A stretch of DNA of 64,000 nt from an uncultured Candidatus Saccharibacteria bacterium (GCA_947085855.1 CAMTYB010000001.1:673421-737420), one strand, 5' to 3'. Shown: positions 1 to 8,406, counted from the first letter of the stretch. Notes: generated by a model from the letters alone, not told the origin. Program-made: numbers and translations.

Positions 1-492
1 CCACAGATTTATAAAAAGGTCCAAGCGGCCGATATCTTGATAATTGCAGGACCAATTTGGCTTGGCGACAACAGCTCGGTGACCAAGCAGGTCATTGAGC
101 GCCTGTATGCCAATTCGAGCGACCTCAATAAGAACGGTCAGTATGCGTATTACGGCAAGGTTGGCGGCTGTTTAATTACCGGTAACGAGGATGGTGTTAA
201 GCACTGTGCTATGAATATTCTCTATAGCTTGCAGCATGTTGGTTACACAATCCCGCCGCAGGCTGATGCTGGCTGGATTGGCGAAGCTGGTCCAGGACCG
301 AGCTACCTGGATAAAGGTTCGGGCGGTCCCGAGAATGACTTTACTAATCGTAATACTACCTTTATGACGTGGAATCTAATGCACACTGCAAAACTACTGA
401 AAGATAACGGTGGTATCCCGGCGTTCGGTAATCAGCGTGACAAATGGGACGCTGGTGCTCGCTTTGATTTTGAAAATCCTGAATATCGCTAA
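1..492 (+). CDS. NAD(P)H-dependent FMN reductase / flavodoxin-like oxidoreductase, 5' end cut by window edge
   Basis: Frame 1 is open from base 1 (PQIYKKVQAADILIIAGPIWLGDNSS...). It carries flavodoxin-fold FMN-reductase style motifs (ADILIIAGPIW, GGCLITGNEDG). Stop codon at 490-492. Confidence 0.6.
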   Translation, partial: PQIYKKVQAADILIIAGPIWLGDNSSVTKQVIERLYANSSDLNKNGQYAYYGKVGGCLITGNEDGVKHCAMNILYSLQHVGYTIPPQADAGWIGEAGPGPSYLDKGSGGPENDFTNRNTTFMTWNLMHTAKLLKDNGGIPAFGNQRDKWDAGARFDFENPEYR

Positions 493-521
493 ATCACAAC
501 CTGTAGTAAGCTAATAGCATC

Positions 522-1613
522 ATGCGCACCCCTAAAGCCAAAACTGTTCCTAAGAGCGTCCAAATAGCTGCCTTGGTAGCACTTGTTGTTGGTGGCCTGT
601 TTGTCAGTCCTTATTTTGGCGTTATTTTGTTCTCTGCTTTGGTAGCCTATATCTTCAATCCTGTGTATCTAGCGGTCCTTAAGCGGACTAAACGATCCAG
701 CATTGCTATTAGTACGACTCTGGTAGTTGCAACCCTGAGCTTTGCGCTGCCACTGGCGCTCGTGATTGGCATAACGGTATCGCAGGCGAATAGCTTACTC
801 GATAAGTATTCTACTGAAGACGGCAAACTCAATTCAGCTCAACTAGAAGATGTGGTAAATGATGGAACCAGTCGAGTTAATAGTTTTGTAACTGGTATAC
901 CCGGGGGTGAAAACTTTAGTGTGGATAAGAATGATGTCGTAAATTCGCTAAAAGACGCTGCCACCAGTGCCCTAAATGGGTTTGTTGACTTTATTGTCTC
1001 GGCTGGCGGGGCTGTTTCGGGCTTTATCAGTGGTGCGATCTTGGCAGTTTTCTTGATTGCGAGCTTGCTCAAATATCAGAAGGAATTATTGAAGTTCTTG
1101 GAAGACATCAGCCCATTCCACAGAGAGGTAACCGATATGTATCTCGATAGAGCAGGAGCTATGACAAGGGCAATGGTAAAAGGTCAGTTACTCATAGCTG
1201 TTTGCCAGGGTGCAGCGAGTGCCTTCAGCCTATGGCTCGTGGGCATGGATTACTTTTGGTTCTTCTTTGTCATTCTGACCTTCTTGAGCTTTATTCCTCT
1301 CGGGGCTGGAATCCTTACTATGCCGATAGGTGTTATCTATATGCTGACTGGTAATGTTATTCAAGGAGTGTTCTTGATTGCGTTCCATCTGATAGTGGTG
1401 ACAAATATCGACAATATTTTACGACCAAGACTCGTGCCCAAAGATGCTCGCTTAAACCAGGCCTTAGTGCTGTTATCGGTGTTTGCCGGTGTGGCTACGT
1501 TTGGCCCGGCAGGGGTGATATACGGCCCTGTGGTAATGATTTTATTGATAGCTACGCTCCAAATGTACTCGGACTACAACAAAGTTACAACAAAACCACA
1601 CCTTGCAGAGTAA
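522..1613 (+). CDS. AI-2E family transporter (PerM/UPF0118-type permease)
   Basis: 363 aa polytopic membrane protein. The layout and C-terminal half (KGQLLIAVCQGAASAF...NILRPRLV) are typical of the AI-2E/UPF0118 family. Confidence 0.75.
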   Translation: MRTPKAKTVPKSVQIAALVALVVGGLFVSPYFGVILFSALVAYIFNPVYLAVLKRTKRSSIAISTTLVVATLSFALPLALVIGITVSQANSLLDKYSTEDGKLNSAQLEDVVNDGTSRVNSFVTGIPGGENFSVDKNDVVNSLKDAATSALNGFVDFIVSAGGAVSGFISGAILAVFLIASLLKYQKELLKFLEDISPFHREVTDMYLDRAGAMTRAMVKGQLLIAVCQGAASAFSLWLVGMDYFWFFFVILTFLSFIPLGAGILTMPIGVIYMLTGNVIQGVFLIAFHLIVVTNIDNILRPRLVPKDARLNQALVLLSVFAGVATFGPAGVIYGPVVMILLIATLQMYSDYNKVTTKPHLAE

Positions 1614-1675
1614 GCGATCGTTGACAAATTGCTCGCTTAGGATAATGATAAGCCCATAACATAAGGAGGGGCTTT

Positions 1676-2071
1676 ATGGCTCGCGATAGTCAACCATCAG
1701 GGTGGGTTGGCTGGGTATACTTCGCCGGTATACTCATGCTCGTGCGTGCATTTTTCCAGGCATTTCTGGGAATTGTGGCACTTACACAAAACGATTTTTA
1801 TCTGGTTACATCAGATAAAATCGCAGTCTTTAACTTCACAGCTTGGGGCTGGGTACACTTGGCAGCCAGTGTCGTTCTATTGACGGCTGCATTCTCTGTC
1901 TTCCAGGGAGGCATGTGGGGTCGAGTGGTTGGTTCGTTGATGACCGGTTTGGCACTTGTTGCTAACCTCATCTTCTTGCCAGCGTACCCTATATGGGCGC
2001 TCATAGCTATCGTTATCGATGTGCTTATCTTGTACGCACTCGTCGTACGTGGTGACGAAGCCAAACTGTAA
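1676..2071 (+). CDS. small 4-TM membrane protein (DUF7144-like)
   Basis: SD AAGGAGG lies about 8 nt upstream. 131 aa with GWVGWVYFAGILML...AWGWVHL...PAYPIWALIAIVIDVLILYALV, the pattern of the actinobacterial-type DUF7144 family. Confidence 0.55.
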   Translation: MARDSQPSGWVGWVYFAGILMLVRAFFQAFLGIVALTQNDFYLVTSDKIAVFNFTAWGWVHLAASVVLLTAAFSVFQGGMWGRVVGSLMTGLALVANLIFLPAYPIWALIAIVIDVLILYALVVRGDEAKL

Positions 2072-2090
2072 CTTCCACAGTTTATAAATC

Positions 2091-2120
2091 AAAAGAGACC
2101 CGCAGGCGAGGGTCTCTTTT
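2091..2120 (+). terminator. rho-independent terminator
   Basis: GAGACCC (2095-2101), 8-nt loop, GGGTCTC (2110-2116), then TTTT. Confidence 0.75.
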
Positions 2121-2139
2121 GCTATGATAGTAGGCAGAT

Positions 2140-3084
2140 ATGACGATTCACTTTATTTGCCGTGGTAACGCCCTCAGGAGCTCTCTGGCTGAAGCCTATC
2201 TTAATTCTCTGCAGAGAACGGGCGTTCAGGCGACTTCAAGCGGCACCAGTGCCGATTCGTATAGAGAACAAAACGGTCAGCTTATACTGGACACCGTAAG
2301 CTTACTGGAAGGCCAGGGGCTTGGGCAGTACGCCAAGCGAAGCCCTGTGCAGCTCACACAAGAACGTGTAGAATCGTCAGACCTCTTGATCTATATGAAT
2401 CAAAGAGTTGCCGATGAAGCCCGTCAGCTGATCGATTCGCCTGTTCGCACAGAAACCTGGAGCATAGATGACATAGGCGAAGGCAATCGAATTCCGCAAA
2501 CTCCCGAGGACAAGCCATACCTGATAGCTGAAGTGTACGAAGAAGTTAAGCAGGCCGTCAACGAACTTGTAGCTAAACTCAAGAAAGAGTCGCAATTGAC
2601 ACTGGAGGAAATCGAAACTACTACGACACTTCTCAAGAAACTAGAACCGGGCTTGCTGCCGGAGCCGATATTTATTGCTCTGAGTCGTTTAGTAGTCATG
2701 GTCGCTGTTGAATTCTTGGTGTTGCGCAAGACAGATGCAGGAGTTGAAATATTGCTAACTCAGCGCCCAGACGACGACCCGATTTGGCCGAGTAAATGGC
2801 ATTCGCCCGGAACCATTATTCGCCCAACTGACAGTAGCTTACAAAGTTGCTTCGATAGACTGTATAAAGATGAATTAGGTGGCATGGATCCGCTGTCGCC
2901 ACGTCCAGTCGGCATCTCTTATGGCACAGGTGATCGTGGCACAGGTTTAACGATGGAATATGTGCTGGATGCAAGCGACATTGATGTACCGACAGGTCGG
3001 TTTTTTAGCCTCCATACTTTGCCTGAAAACTGCATACAAGAGCAGTTGCCTATGTGGAAGCGGGCAATTTCTTCATTCGTGTAA
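2140..3084 (+). CDS. LMW phosphotyrosine-phosphatase/ArsC-like domain fused to a Nudix-fold domain with a degenerate Nudix box
   Basis: N-terminus IHFICRGNALRSS is the C-x5-R-S P-loop of LMW-PTP/ArsC. The C-terminal region LRKTDAGVEILLTQRP...WHSPGTIIRPTD...RLYKDELGG resembles a Nudix fold but lacks the intact G-x5-E-x7-REUxEExGU box. Confidence 0.55.
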   Translation: MTIHFICRGNALRSSLAEAYLNSLQRTGVQATSSGTSADSYREQNGQLILDTVSLLEGQGLGQYAKRSPVQLTQERVESSDLLIYMNQRVADEARQLIDSPVRTETWSIDDIGEGNRIPQTPEDKPYLIAEVYEEVKQAVNELVAKLKKESQLTLEEIETTTTLLKKLEPGLLPEPIFIALSRLVVMVAVEFLVLRKTDAGVEILLTQRPDDDPIWPSKWHSPGTIIRPTDSSLQSCFDRLYKDELGGMDPLSPRPVGISYGTGDRGTGLTMEYVLDASDIDVPTGRFFSLHTLPENCIQEQLPMWKRAISSFV

Positions 3085-3185
3085 GAATCCTTACGGATAG
3101 CCAAGCGACATAGTGACACAATCGAGGTAGCACCTGAATGTGCTGCTGCAACCGTCAAAAACATAATCCAAAGGAGGCGAAAATT

Positions 3186-3266
3186 ATGGGTAGTCGTACG
3201 CGAGTCCACGCTAGAGATGTCGAGGACGAAACAGAGCTATATTGGCGACAATACATCACCTATTAA
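3186..3266 (+). CDS. unannotated 26-codon small ORF (MGSRTRVHARDVEDETELYWRQYITY)
   Basis: Strong SD AAGGAGG (3171-3177) lies 8 nt before ATG 3186, and TAA is at 3264-3266. A strong terminator follows about 30 nt later. The ORF falls below the length cut-off of the supplied ORF track. Confidence 0.35.
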   Translation: MGSRTRVHARDVEDETELYWRQYITY

Positions 3267-3296
3267 GACATCTTAAAAAATACCTTTTCCGACCTT

Positions 3297-3330
3297 AACT
3301 CCTCCGGGCCCGCGGAGGAGTTATTTTTTA
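3297..3330 (+). terminator. rho-independent terminator
   Basis: AACTCCTCCG / CGGAGGAGTT 10-bp stem with a 6-nt loop, followed by ATTTTTTA. Confidence 0.8.
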
Positions 3331-3351
3331 TAGCCGTAGAACGTATAATGA

Positions 3352-3999
3352 GTGATGATGTTACTGAAACTCGTGTTTGCTCTGGCTACAATCGCTGCTT
3401 TACTTCTTGTTACAGAGTATCTCTGGCGCCAGCGCAAACTTCATGTCGAAACCAGTCGCAAGATTGTGCACATCGGTACCGGTCTGGTAATTGCCTTTTG
3501 GCCATATTTTCTGAGCTGGTCGGTCATTCAGTTACTAGCGGTCGTTATGTTTGTGGCGGTGCTGTTTTCGCATCACTTTAGAATTTTTAAATCAATCCAC
3601 TCCGTGAAGCGCCTAACTCGTGGCGAGCTATTGTATCCACTTGGCATCGCCATCTGCGCCTTTATTGAGCCAGCCCCCTGGATGTTCACGATTGCCCTCC
3701 TGCATCTAGCGATAGCTGACGGTATCGCAGCTATTGTCGGGGTTCGGCACGGTAAAAAGAGTCGTTACAGCATGTTTGGCCATGGTAAGTCACTGGCTGG
3801 CTCGTTTGCCTTCTTTGTCTCATCTCTGGCTATTTTTGCTGTCGCTTCACTACTGTTGGACGATACCTTACTAGCCTTTTCACTTAGCTGGTTGTTGATG
3901 GCTGCACTCAGTCTTACGCTCATAGAAAGTATCTCTTGGTATGGGCTGGATGACATCACTGTACCTATATCGGTTATTGTGTTGTTGAGCCTCACATAG
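3352..3999 (+). CDS. CTP-dependent polyprenol/dolichol (phytol)-kinase / CdsA-superfamily membrane protein
   Basis: 215 aa polytopic protein. The motif ADGIAAIVGVRHGKK...GKSLAGSFAFF matches the GD..A..VG...G...KS.EGS.A.F signature of the cytidylyltransferase/dolichol-kinase family. The start is GTG/ATG/ATG at 3352-3358, directly downstream of TATAAT 3344-3349. Confidence 0.6.
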   Translation: MMMLLKLVFALATIAALLLVTEYLWRQRKLHVETSRKIVHIGTGLVIAFWPYFLSWSVIQLLAVVMFVAVLFSHHFRIFKSIHSVKRLTRGELLYPLGIAICAFIEPAPWMFTIALLHLAIADGIAAIVGVRHGKKSRYSMFGHGKSLAGSFAFFVSSLAIFAVASLLLDDTLLAFSLSWLLMAALSLTLIESISWYGLDDITVPISVIVLLSLT

Positions 4000-4046
4000 G
4001 TCTAGGCATTGTTTAGCCTAGTAGAGATAGGTATACTAAAGCTTTT

Positions 4047-4811
4047 ATGACCGAAAAAAAATTTAGCAGAAAAATTTCTCTCTCCAAAGAAGAGCAAATG
4101 CGCCGCGATAGCGTTTTGCTCAACCAGCGTGCTCGCCAGATACACCGAGGCGCCGCCCGTGCAGCTGTATTGGGCGTGAATGATGGCCTGGTTAGCACGC
4201 TTTGTATTGTATTGGCAGTGGCGGCTGCTCAAGACTCGCCGACCGCAGTTCTGATTGCTGGTTTTGCAGGCTTGATCGCCGGTGCCGTCTCAATGGCTGC
4301 CGGTGAATGGATCTCGGTAACTTCCCAAGTCGACCTATTTCGCGGCGTTCTTGATGACTTAAACCGACTCGTCAAAGATGACCGAGAGCTGCTACTTCAA
4401 CAGATACAAGATGATCTACAGGAAAGTGGCTTAACACCTAAAACCGCTCAAAAAGCGATTGCTGAAATTGCTCGCAACGATGATCATATTGCCGATGAAT
4501 ATGCGCGTAAGGTCATGGGCATTAACCCTGAGGAGCTGGGCTCCCCTTGGACGGCTGCCTTATCTTCCTTTGTGCTCTTTACTTTCGGCGCTTTGGTTGC
4601 GGTCGCTCCGTGGTTTTTTACCGAAGGGCTGGCGGCCATTGTTTGTTCAATTAGCTTTACAGCGGTAGGTGGCCTGATCGTCGGTGGTTATGTGAGCTTT
4701 TCGAGCGGTAGCAATATTCTGCGTGGCTCGTTGCGACAACTGTTTATCATTGCCTTGGCGGCTGTTGTTACGTACGGCGTCGGTCATTTATTCGGCACGG
4801 CTATTGCATAA
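4047..4811 (+). CDS. VIT1/CCC1 family iron/manganese transporter
   Basis: RAAVLGVNDGLVSTLCIVLAV plus a cytoplasmic acidic helical insert and C-terminal TM helices, typical of the VIT family. Confidence 0.75.
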   Translation: MTEKKFSRKISLSKEEQMRRDSVLLNQRARQIHRGAARAAVLGVNDGLVSTLCIVLAVAAAQDSPTAVLIAGFAGLIAGAVSMAAGEWISVTSQVDLFRGVLDDLNRLVKDDRELLLQQIQDDLQESGLTPKTAQKAIAEIARNDDHIADEYARKVMGINPEELGSPWTAALSSFVLFTFGALVAVAPWFFTEGLAAIVCSISFTAVGGLIVGGYVSFSSGSNILRGSLRQLFIIALAAVVTYGVGHLFGTAIA

Positions 4812-4874
4812 TTTCCAAATTTCTTGCAAAATTTAATATTTATTTAATGTTTGCTTGCAATACTTGTAGGCACC

Positions 4875-5582
4875 ATGCGACTTCTTGTTATAGAGGATAA
4901 CAAGGCTATAGCTGAAACTATTCGCTATTGCCTAAAAGATCACTTTGCGGTTGATACGAGTAATAACGGCAAAGACGGTCTTCATTTTGCCAGAGTAACA
5001 GCATATGACACCATTCTTCTGGATCTCAATTTGCCAGACATAAGTGGTGGCGAAATTTGTCGCGTGCTCCGAAAGCAAGGTGTGCTAACTCCTATCATCG
5101 TAGTCAGCGGGTTGAGTGAGGTAGCGGAAAAAGTAAAGTTACTGACAAGTGGTGCTGACGACTATATGGTGAAGCCGTTTAACATACACGAGCTTCGGGC
5201 ACGAATTGATGTAGCGCTCAGGCGTGGCAGTAATCAACCTCACGACAAGCAAGGTCACCTAGAAATTGATGGACTGATACTAAATCCGACACAGCGATCC
5301 GTTAGTCGTTACGGAAGGCCCATCAGCCTGAGAAAAAAGGAATTTGATCTGCTTGAGTATCTGATGCGGAACAATCAGCTGACACTTACGCGGGGGATGA
5401 TTCTAGAACATATTTGGGATAGGAGCGATCATTTGTGGGAAAACGTTGTTACTGTCCACATAAAATATTTACGCGACAAAGTAGATAGACCCTACGGGAC
5501 TTCACTCATACAGACCGTTCATGGTGTGGGATACAAAATTGCTCCAAGTCGGGCACAACAGGAGTCCTATGTTCAGTCTTAG
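4875..5582 (+). CDS. OmpR/PhoB-type response regulator
   Basis: Receiver domain (MRLLVIEDN...ILLDLNLPD...KPF) plus a winged-helix trans_reg_C domain (LILNPTQRSV...LRKKEFDLLEYLM...VHGVGYK). ATG 4875 is preferred over the upstream TTG. Confidence 0.85.
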   Translation: MRLLVIEDNKAIAETIRYCLKDHFAVDTSNNGKDGLHFARVTAYDTILLDLNLPDISGGEICRVLRKQGVLTPIIVVSGLSEVAEKVKLLTSGADDYMVKPFNIHELRARIDVALRRGSNQPHDKQGHLEIDGLILNPTQRSVSRYGRPISLRKKEFDLLEYLMRNNQLTLTRGMILEHIWDRSDHLWENVVTVHIKYLRDKVDRPYGTSLIQTVHGVGYKIAPSRAQQESYVQS

Positions 5583-6384
5583 CGGGATCGGCTGGGACGC
5601 TCTTACGATTATTATCGCTCTTATGGTCCTCACGCTTTTAGTATCTGTACTCTCCTTGAGAATAATTCAGCAGCCTGAGCCTCAGGAGAGGCTGATTCCA
5701 GCTGGCCAGAAAATAGAAAAGTTGCAACTAGAAAAAACCGAAGAAATCTATCGTCTCGCTGAGTTCGGTAGGCTTAACGCAAGCTTGCTGCATGATATTG
5801 CTACGCCGCTCACGGCAGTGTCGATGAACGTCGGTCTTATTGAAGACAGTTCATATCCCATCACCACCATACGAGAGGGCATTAAGAGCATGGAAGAGTA
5901 CTTGGCTTCGGCGCGGATGCGACTGCAGGGGCACAACAGCAACGGTACATTTAGTCCATTACTAGAAATAAAGAAGGTCGTTCGCCTCGCAGAGAGTACG
6001 GGCGCGAGTATTGAGGTCAATGTCGCCATTGATGAAATTATTCAAATAACAGGCGACAGCACCCGTTTTGACCAGGCATTGTCTAATTTGCTATCTAACG
6101 CTTTGGACGCAGTAAAGCATAAAGCAAGTAAGGGAAAGGTGCGCTTAGAGGCGTGTAGTGATGGGCATACCTTAATCGTGAGTGTAAGTGATAATGGTTT
6201 GGGCATTGATGAGTCGGAACTAGATAGCGTATTTCACCCTTTCTACACCACAAAAGCAAAGTCGGGCGGAACTGGTCTGGGACTTAGTATAGTGAAGCAA
6301 GTTGCCGAAGAATTTAACGGTTCAGTGGCAGTTCATTCAGACGTTGGTGGAGGTTCGAGGTTTACGCTTCGTATCCCGCGCTAG
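5569..6384 (+). CDS. sensor histidine kinase (single TM, HisKA + HATPase_c)
   Basis: SD CAGGAG lies 5 nt upstream of ATG 5569, and the gene overlaps the regulator stop by 14 nt. H-box LLHDIATPLTAV, N-box LSNLLSNALDA, G-boxes DNGLGI and GTGLGLSIV. Confidence 0.8.
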   Translation: MFSLSGIGWDALTIIIALMVLTLLVSVLSLRIIQQPEPQERLIPAGQKIEKLQLEKTEEIYRLAEFGRLNASLLHDIATPLTAVSMNVGLIEDSSYPITTIREGIKSMEEYLASARMRLQGHNSNGTFSPLLEIKKVVRLAESTGASIEVNVAIDEIIQITGDSTRFDQALSNLLSNALDAVKHKASKGKVRLEACSDGHTLIVSVSDNGLGIDESELDSVFHPFYTTKAKSGGTGLGLSIVKQVAEEFNGSVAVHSDVGGGSRFTLRIPR

Positions 6385-6483
6385 CCTTAGAATCCAGCTT
6401 AGCCCATGTAGACTAACCTCAGCGACCGCATATCGGCTAAACTGAATACGCAAAAAAGTAAAAAAGTTATATAATAATACTTA

Positions 6484-7251
6484 ATGAGTGAAGTGAAATT
6501 AGTTTTGACTGACATTGATGGAACATTGGTTAAGCATGGCCAGTACGATCCTACTGAAGCAGTAGCCCAGGCTATTGACGATGTCCAAGACTCGGGCGTG
6601 GAATTAACCGCAGCGACTGGTCGTCCATACGAAATGATGGAGCCACTTTTTGAGCGGCTTGGTTTTCGCGATTTGGCTATATTTGATGCGGGAGCCTCAA
6701 TACGAAAAGTTCAAGGCGGTGAATTGGTTTGGAGTAACTGGCTTGATGCTGATCGAACGCGACAGGTAGCAGAAGTCTTGCTGCCGCACTGCGTTACGAT
6801 AGATTTTTATCCTGTATTTAAACAAGTTTCCCCCGATGAAGCCAAGGATGATCTGAAAGATATTGTAGCTGCACCGTATGTTTTTGCATTTGCACACGAA
6901 GACTCAAGAGAGTCTGTTATTGAAGCACTGCACGAAATACCGAATCTAAGCTATCACATTGGGGTAGGGGTTGAAGCACTGCCTGGTATGTATGACATCC
7001 AAATAACCGACGAGCGTTCGGATAAATACCACGCCGTGAATGCTCTGCGCGAATATGTGCACAGCGACAAATCTGCAACGCTCGCTATTGGTGATAGCAC
7101 GAACGACTTGCCGCTTTTCCAGAATGCTGGCATAAAGGTGGCCATGGGCAATGCCATGGAGCCATTAAAAGTACAGGCTGATCATATCGTGAGCGATGTT
7201 GCTCAAGATGGCTTTGCGGAAGCTATGCAGCGATTTGTACTTGAAAGATAG
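6484..7251 (+). CDS. Cof-type HAD-IIB family hydrolase (sugar-phosphate phosphatase-like)
   Basis: LVLTDIDGTLV (motif I), TAATGRP (motif II), GDSTNDLPLF (motif IV). Confidence 0.8.
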   Translation: MSEVKLVLTDIDGTLVKHGQYDPTEAVAQAIDDVQDSGVELTAATGRPYEMMEPLFERLGFRDLAIFDAGASIRKVQGGELVWSNWLDADRTRQVAEVLLPHCVTIDFYPVFKQVSPDEAKDDLKDIVAAPYVFAFAHEDSRESVIEALHEIPNLSYHIGVGVEALPGMYDIQITDERSDKYHAVNALREYVHSDKSATLAIGDSTNDLPLFQNAGIKVAMGNAMEPLKVQADHIVSDVAQDGFAEAMQRFVLER

Positions 7252-7265
7252 TCCGTGTTTCCAAT

Positions 7266-7290
7266 AAAAAAGAGACCCTTAGGTCTCTTG
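7266..7290. terminator. hairpin terminator, probably serving the minus-strand tRNA-His (A-run on the + side)
   Basis: AAAAA AGAGACC ctta GGTCTCT. On the minus strand the stem is followed by TTTTT. Confidence 0.6.
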
Positions 7291-7306
7291 GTGCTGCTAT
7301 GTTTTC

Positions 7307-7384
7307 TGGGGCGAATGATGGGAATTGAACCCACGGCCTTCGGAACCACAACCCGACGCTCTAACCAACTGAGCTACATCCGCC
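7307..7384 (-). tRNA. tRNA-His (anticodon GTG), G-1 and CCA encoded
   Basis: The reverse complement folds as G(-1) GCGGATG ta GCTC agttggtta GAGC g TCGGG ttGTGgt TCCGA aggcc GTGGG ttcaatt CCCAT CATTCGC C CCA. Confidence 0.9.
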
Positions 7385-7415
7385 ATATTTTCTGTAAAAC
7401 AGGGGTAATTATACT

Positions 7416-7446
7416 GTAAAAGACCGTTATCTGCAATGTGATAACG
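7416..7446 (-). terminator. hairpin terminator after the small minus-strand ORF
   Basis: CGTTATC (7425-7431) / GATAACG (7440-7446). On the minus strand the stem is followed by GTCTTTTA. It overlaps the -35 of a TTGCAG-17-TATAAT promoter (TATAAT is the reverse complement of 7408-7413) for tRNA-His. Confidence 0.45.
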
Positions 7447-7464
7447 ATTACGTGTTTTTAGAAA

Positions 7465-7587
7465 CTATTCTTCCATGCTGTCAAAAACAGCTTCCATGCC
7501 AAGCAATGCAAACATGCCGAGGGCGAGATATGTCCAAAATCGCTTCTCGCTGCTGGCTTCGGGACTAGTGGGTTGTTTGTTGAACAT
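7465..7587 (-). CDS. unannotated 40-aa small membrane protein (MFNKQPTSPEASSEKRFWTYLALGMFALLGMEAVFDSMEE)
   Basis: ATG is the reverse complement of 7585-7587 and TAG the reverse complement of 7465-7467. It has one hydrophobic helix and lies between two tRNAs, followed by a hairpin terminator. The RBS is weak (AAGAAAG). Confidence 0.3.
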   Translation of the reverse strand: MFNKQPTSPEASSEKRFWTYLALGMFALLGMEAVFDSMEE

Positions 7588-7605
7588 AAGCTTTCTTGTG
7601 TTATA

Positions 7606-7682
7606 TGGTGCCCCGGGTAGGATTCGAACCTACGACCTTGAGCTTAGAAGTCTCCTGCTCTATCCAACTGAGCTACCAGGGC
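7606..7682 (-). tRNA. tRNA-Arg (anticodon TCT), CCA encoded; weak anticodon stem
   Basis: The reverse complement folds as GCCCTGG ta GCTC agttggata GAGC a GGAGA cTTCTaa GCTCA aggtc GTAGG ttcgaat CCTAC CCGGGGC A CCA. The acceptor, D and T arms are canonical, but the anticodon stem has only 3 Watson-Crick pairs (G27/A43 and A31/G39 mismatches). Confidence 0.75.
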
Positions 7683-7726
7683 ATGTATCGTATTAAATCG
7701 TACCGCAGATAAGGTGTTGGAGCAAA

Positions 7727-8359
7727 CTATCTAGGCTGAATGTCGATCGTGTAGGGCAGTAACCAGCTCGTTTGAGAGGTCTGCGGCCTAAACTCATTGC
7801 CTGGTTGGTTCTGTGGCTGCTCCTCCATCGTGCTGATAGCGATAGCGGTGATAGCAATCGTCAATAAGATGCCGAGCGTTCCAGTAATGATGCCGGCAAT
7901 AGCCATGCCGCGGCCGCCTTTACCTTTTCCGACAAAACCACATACAACTGCAATAATTCCGAGCGGCAATGCCAAAAGCCAGATCAAGCATGTAACGAGC
8001 GCCAGGATGCCCGTTACTAAGCTTGCGATCGACAGGCCAGTACTTTCTGTTTTTGGTATGGCGAAAGACGTGTTTGCTGCTGGTGCTGCAGCAACTAGGG
8101 GTTGCGGTTGCGGAAGAGGTGCTGCTGATACTGCAGGCATTGGCGCAGGTGCTGGGGCAGCCGGCATTGGGATCGGTTGAGGCGCAGGAGGCGCTGGAGT
8201 GGTTGGAGCCGGCTGAACAACTTGCGGACTTACAATACCAGGACTGGCAACCGGTTGAGGCGCGGGCGCTTGAGTAGCTGTTTTGACAAGTTGGGCTCCA
8301 CAATTACCGCAGTAAGTTGCGTCGGGCGCGAGTTCAATACCGCAGTTAGAGCATTGCAT
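7727..8359 (-). CDS. zinc-ribbon / Pro-Ala-rich linker / DUF4190-like C-terminal membrane domain protein
   Basis: The N-terminus MQCSNCGIELAPDATYCGNCGAQL has a CxxC...CxxC zinc ribbon. A roughly 90-aa P/A/Q-rich linker follows. The C-terminal two TM helices (IASLVTGILALV...GMAIAGIITGTLGILL) are typical of DUF4190. Confidence 0.6.
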   Translation of the reverse strand: MQCSNCGIELAPDATYCGNCGAQLVKTATQAPAPQPVASPGIVSPQVVQPAPTTPAPPAPQPIPMPAAPAPAPMPAVSAAPLPQPQPLVAAAPAANTSFAIPKTESTGLSIASLVTGILALVTCLIWLLALPLGIIAVVCGFVGKGKGGRGMAIAGIITGTLGILLTIAITAIAISTMEEQPQNQPGNEFRPQTSQTSWLLPYTIDIQPR

Positions 8360-8406
8360 GCATGAATATTTACACAGATCTCAACAGGAGTCAAACAGTT
8401 TATGCT

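Noticed and set aside
3348-3581. 77-aa ORF overlapping the start of 3352-3999 in another frame
   Set aside because: The 215-aa frame has the membrane-protein character and the family motif. The 77-aa frame is Cys/Arg/Ser-rich noise.
7475-7696. 73-aa + strand ORF, and similarly 19408-19623
   Set aside because: They read straight through tRNA genes (tRNA-Arg antisense, and tRNA-Lys plus its terminator). They are spurious.
7797-8365. Several 60-127-aa ORFs on both strands inside 7727-8359
   Set aside because: These are frame shadows of the GC- and Pro/Ala-rich linker region of the zinc-ribbon/DUF4190 gene.
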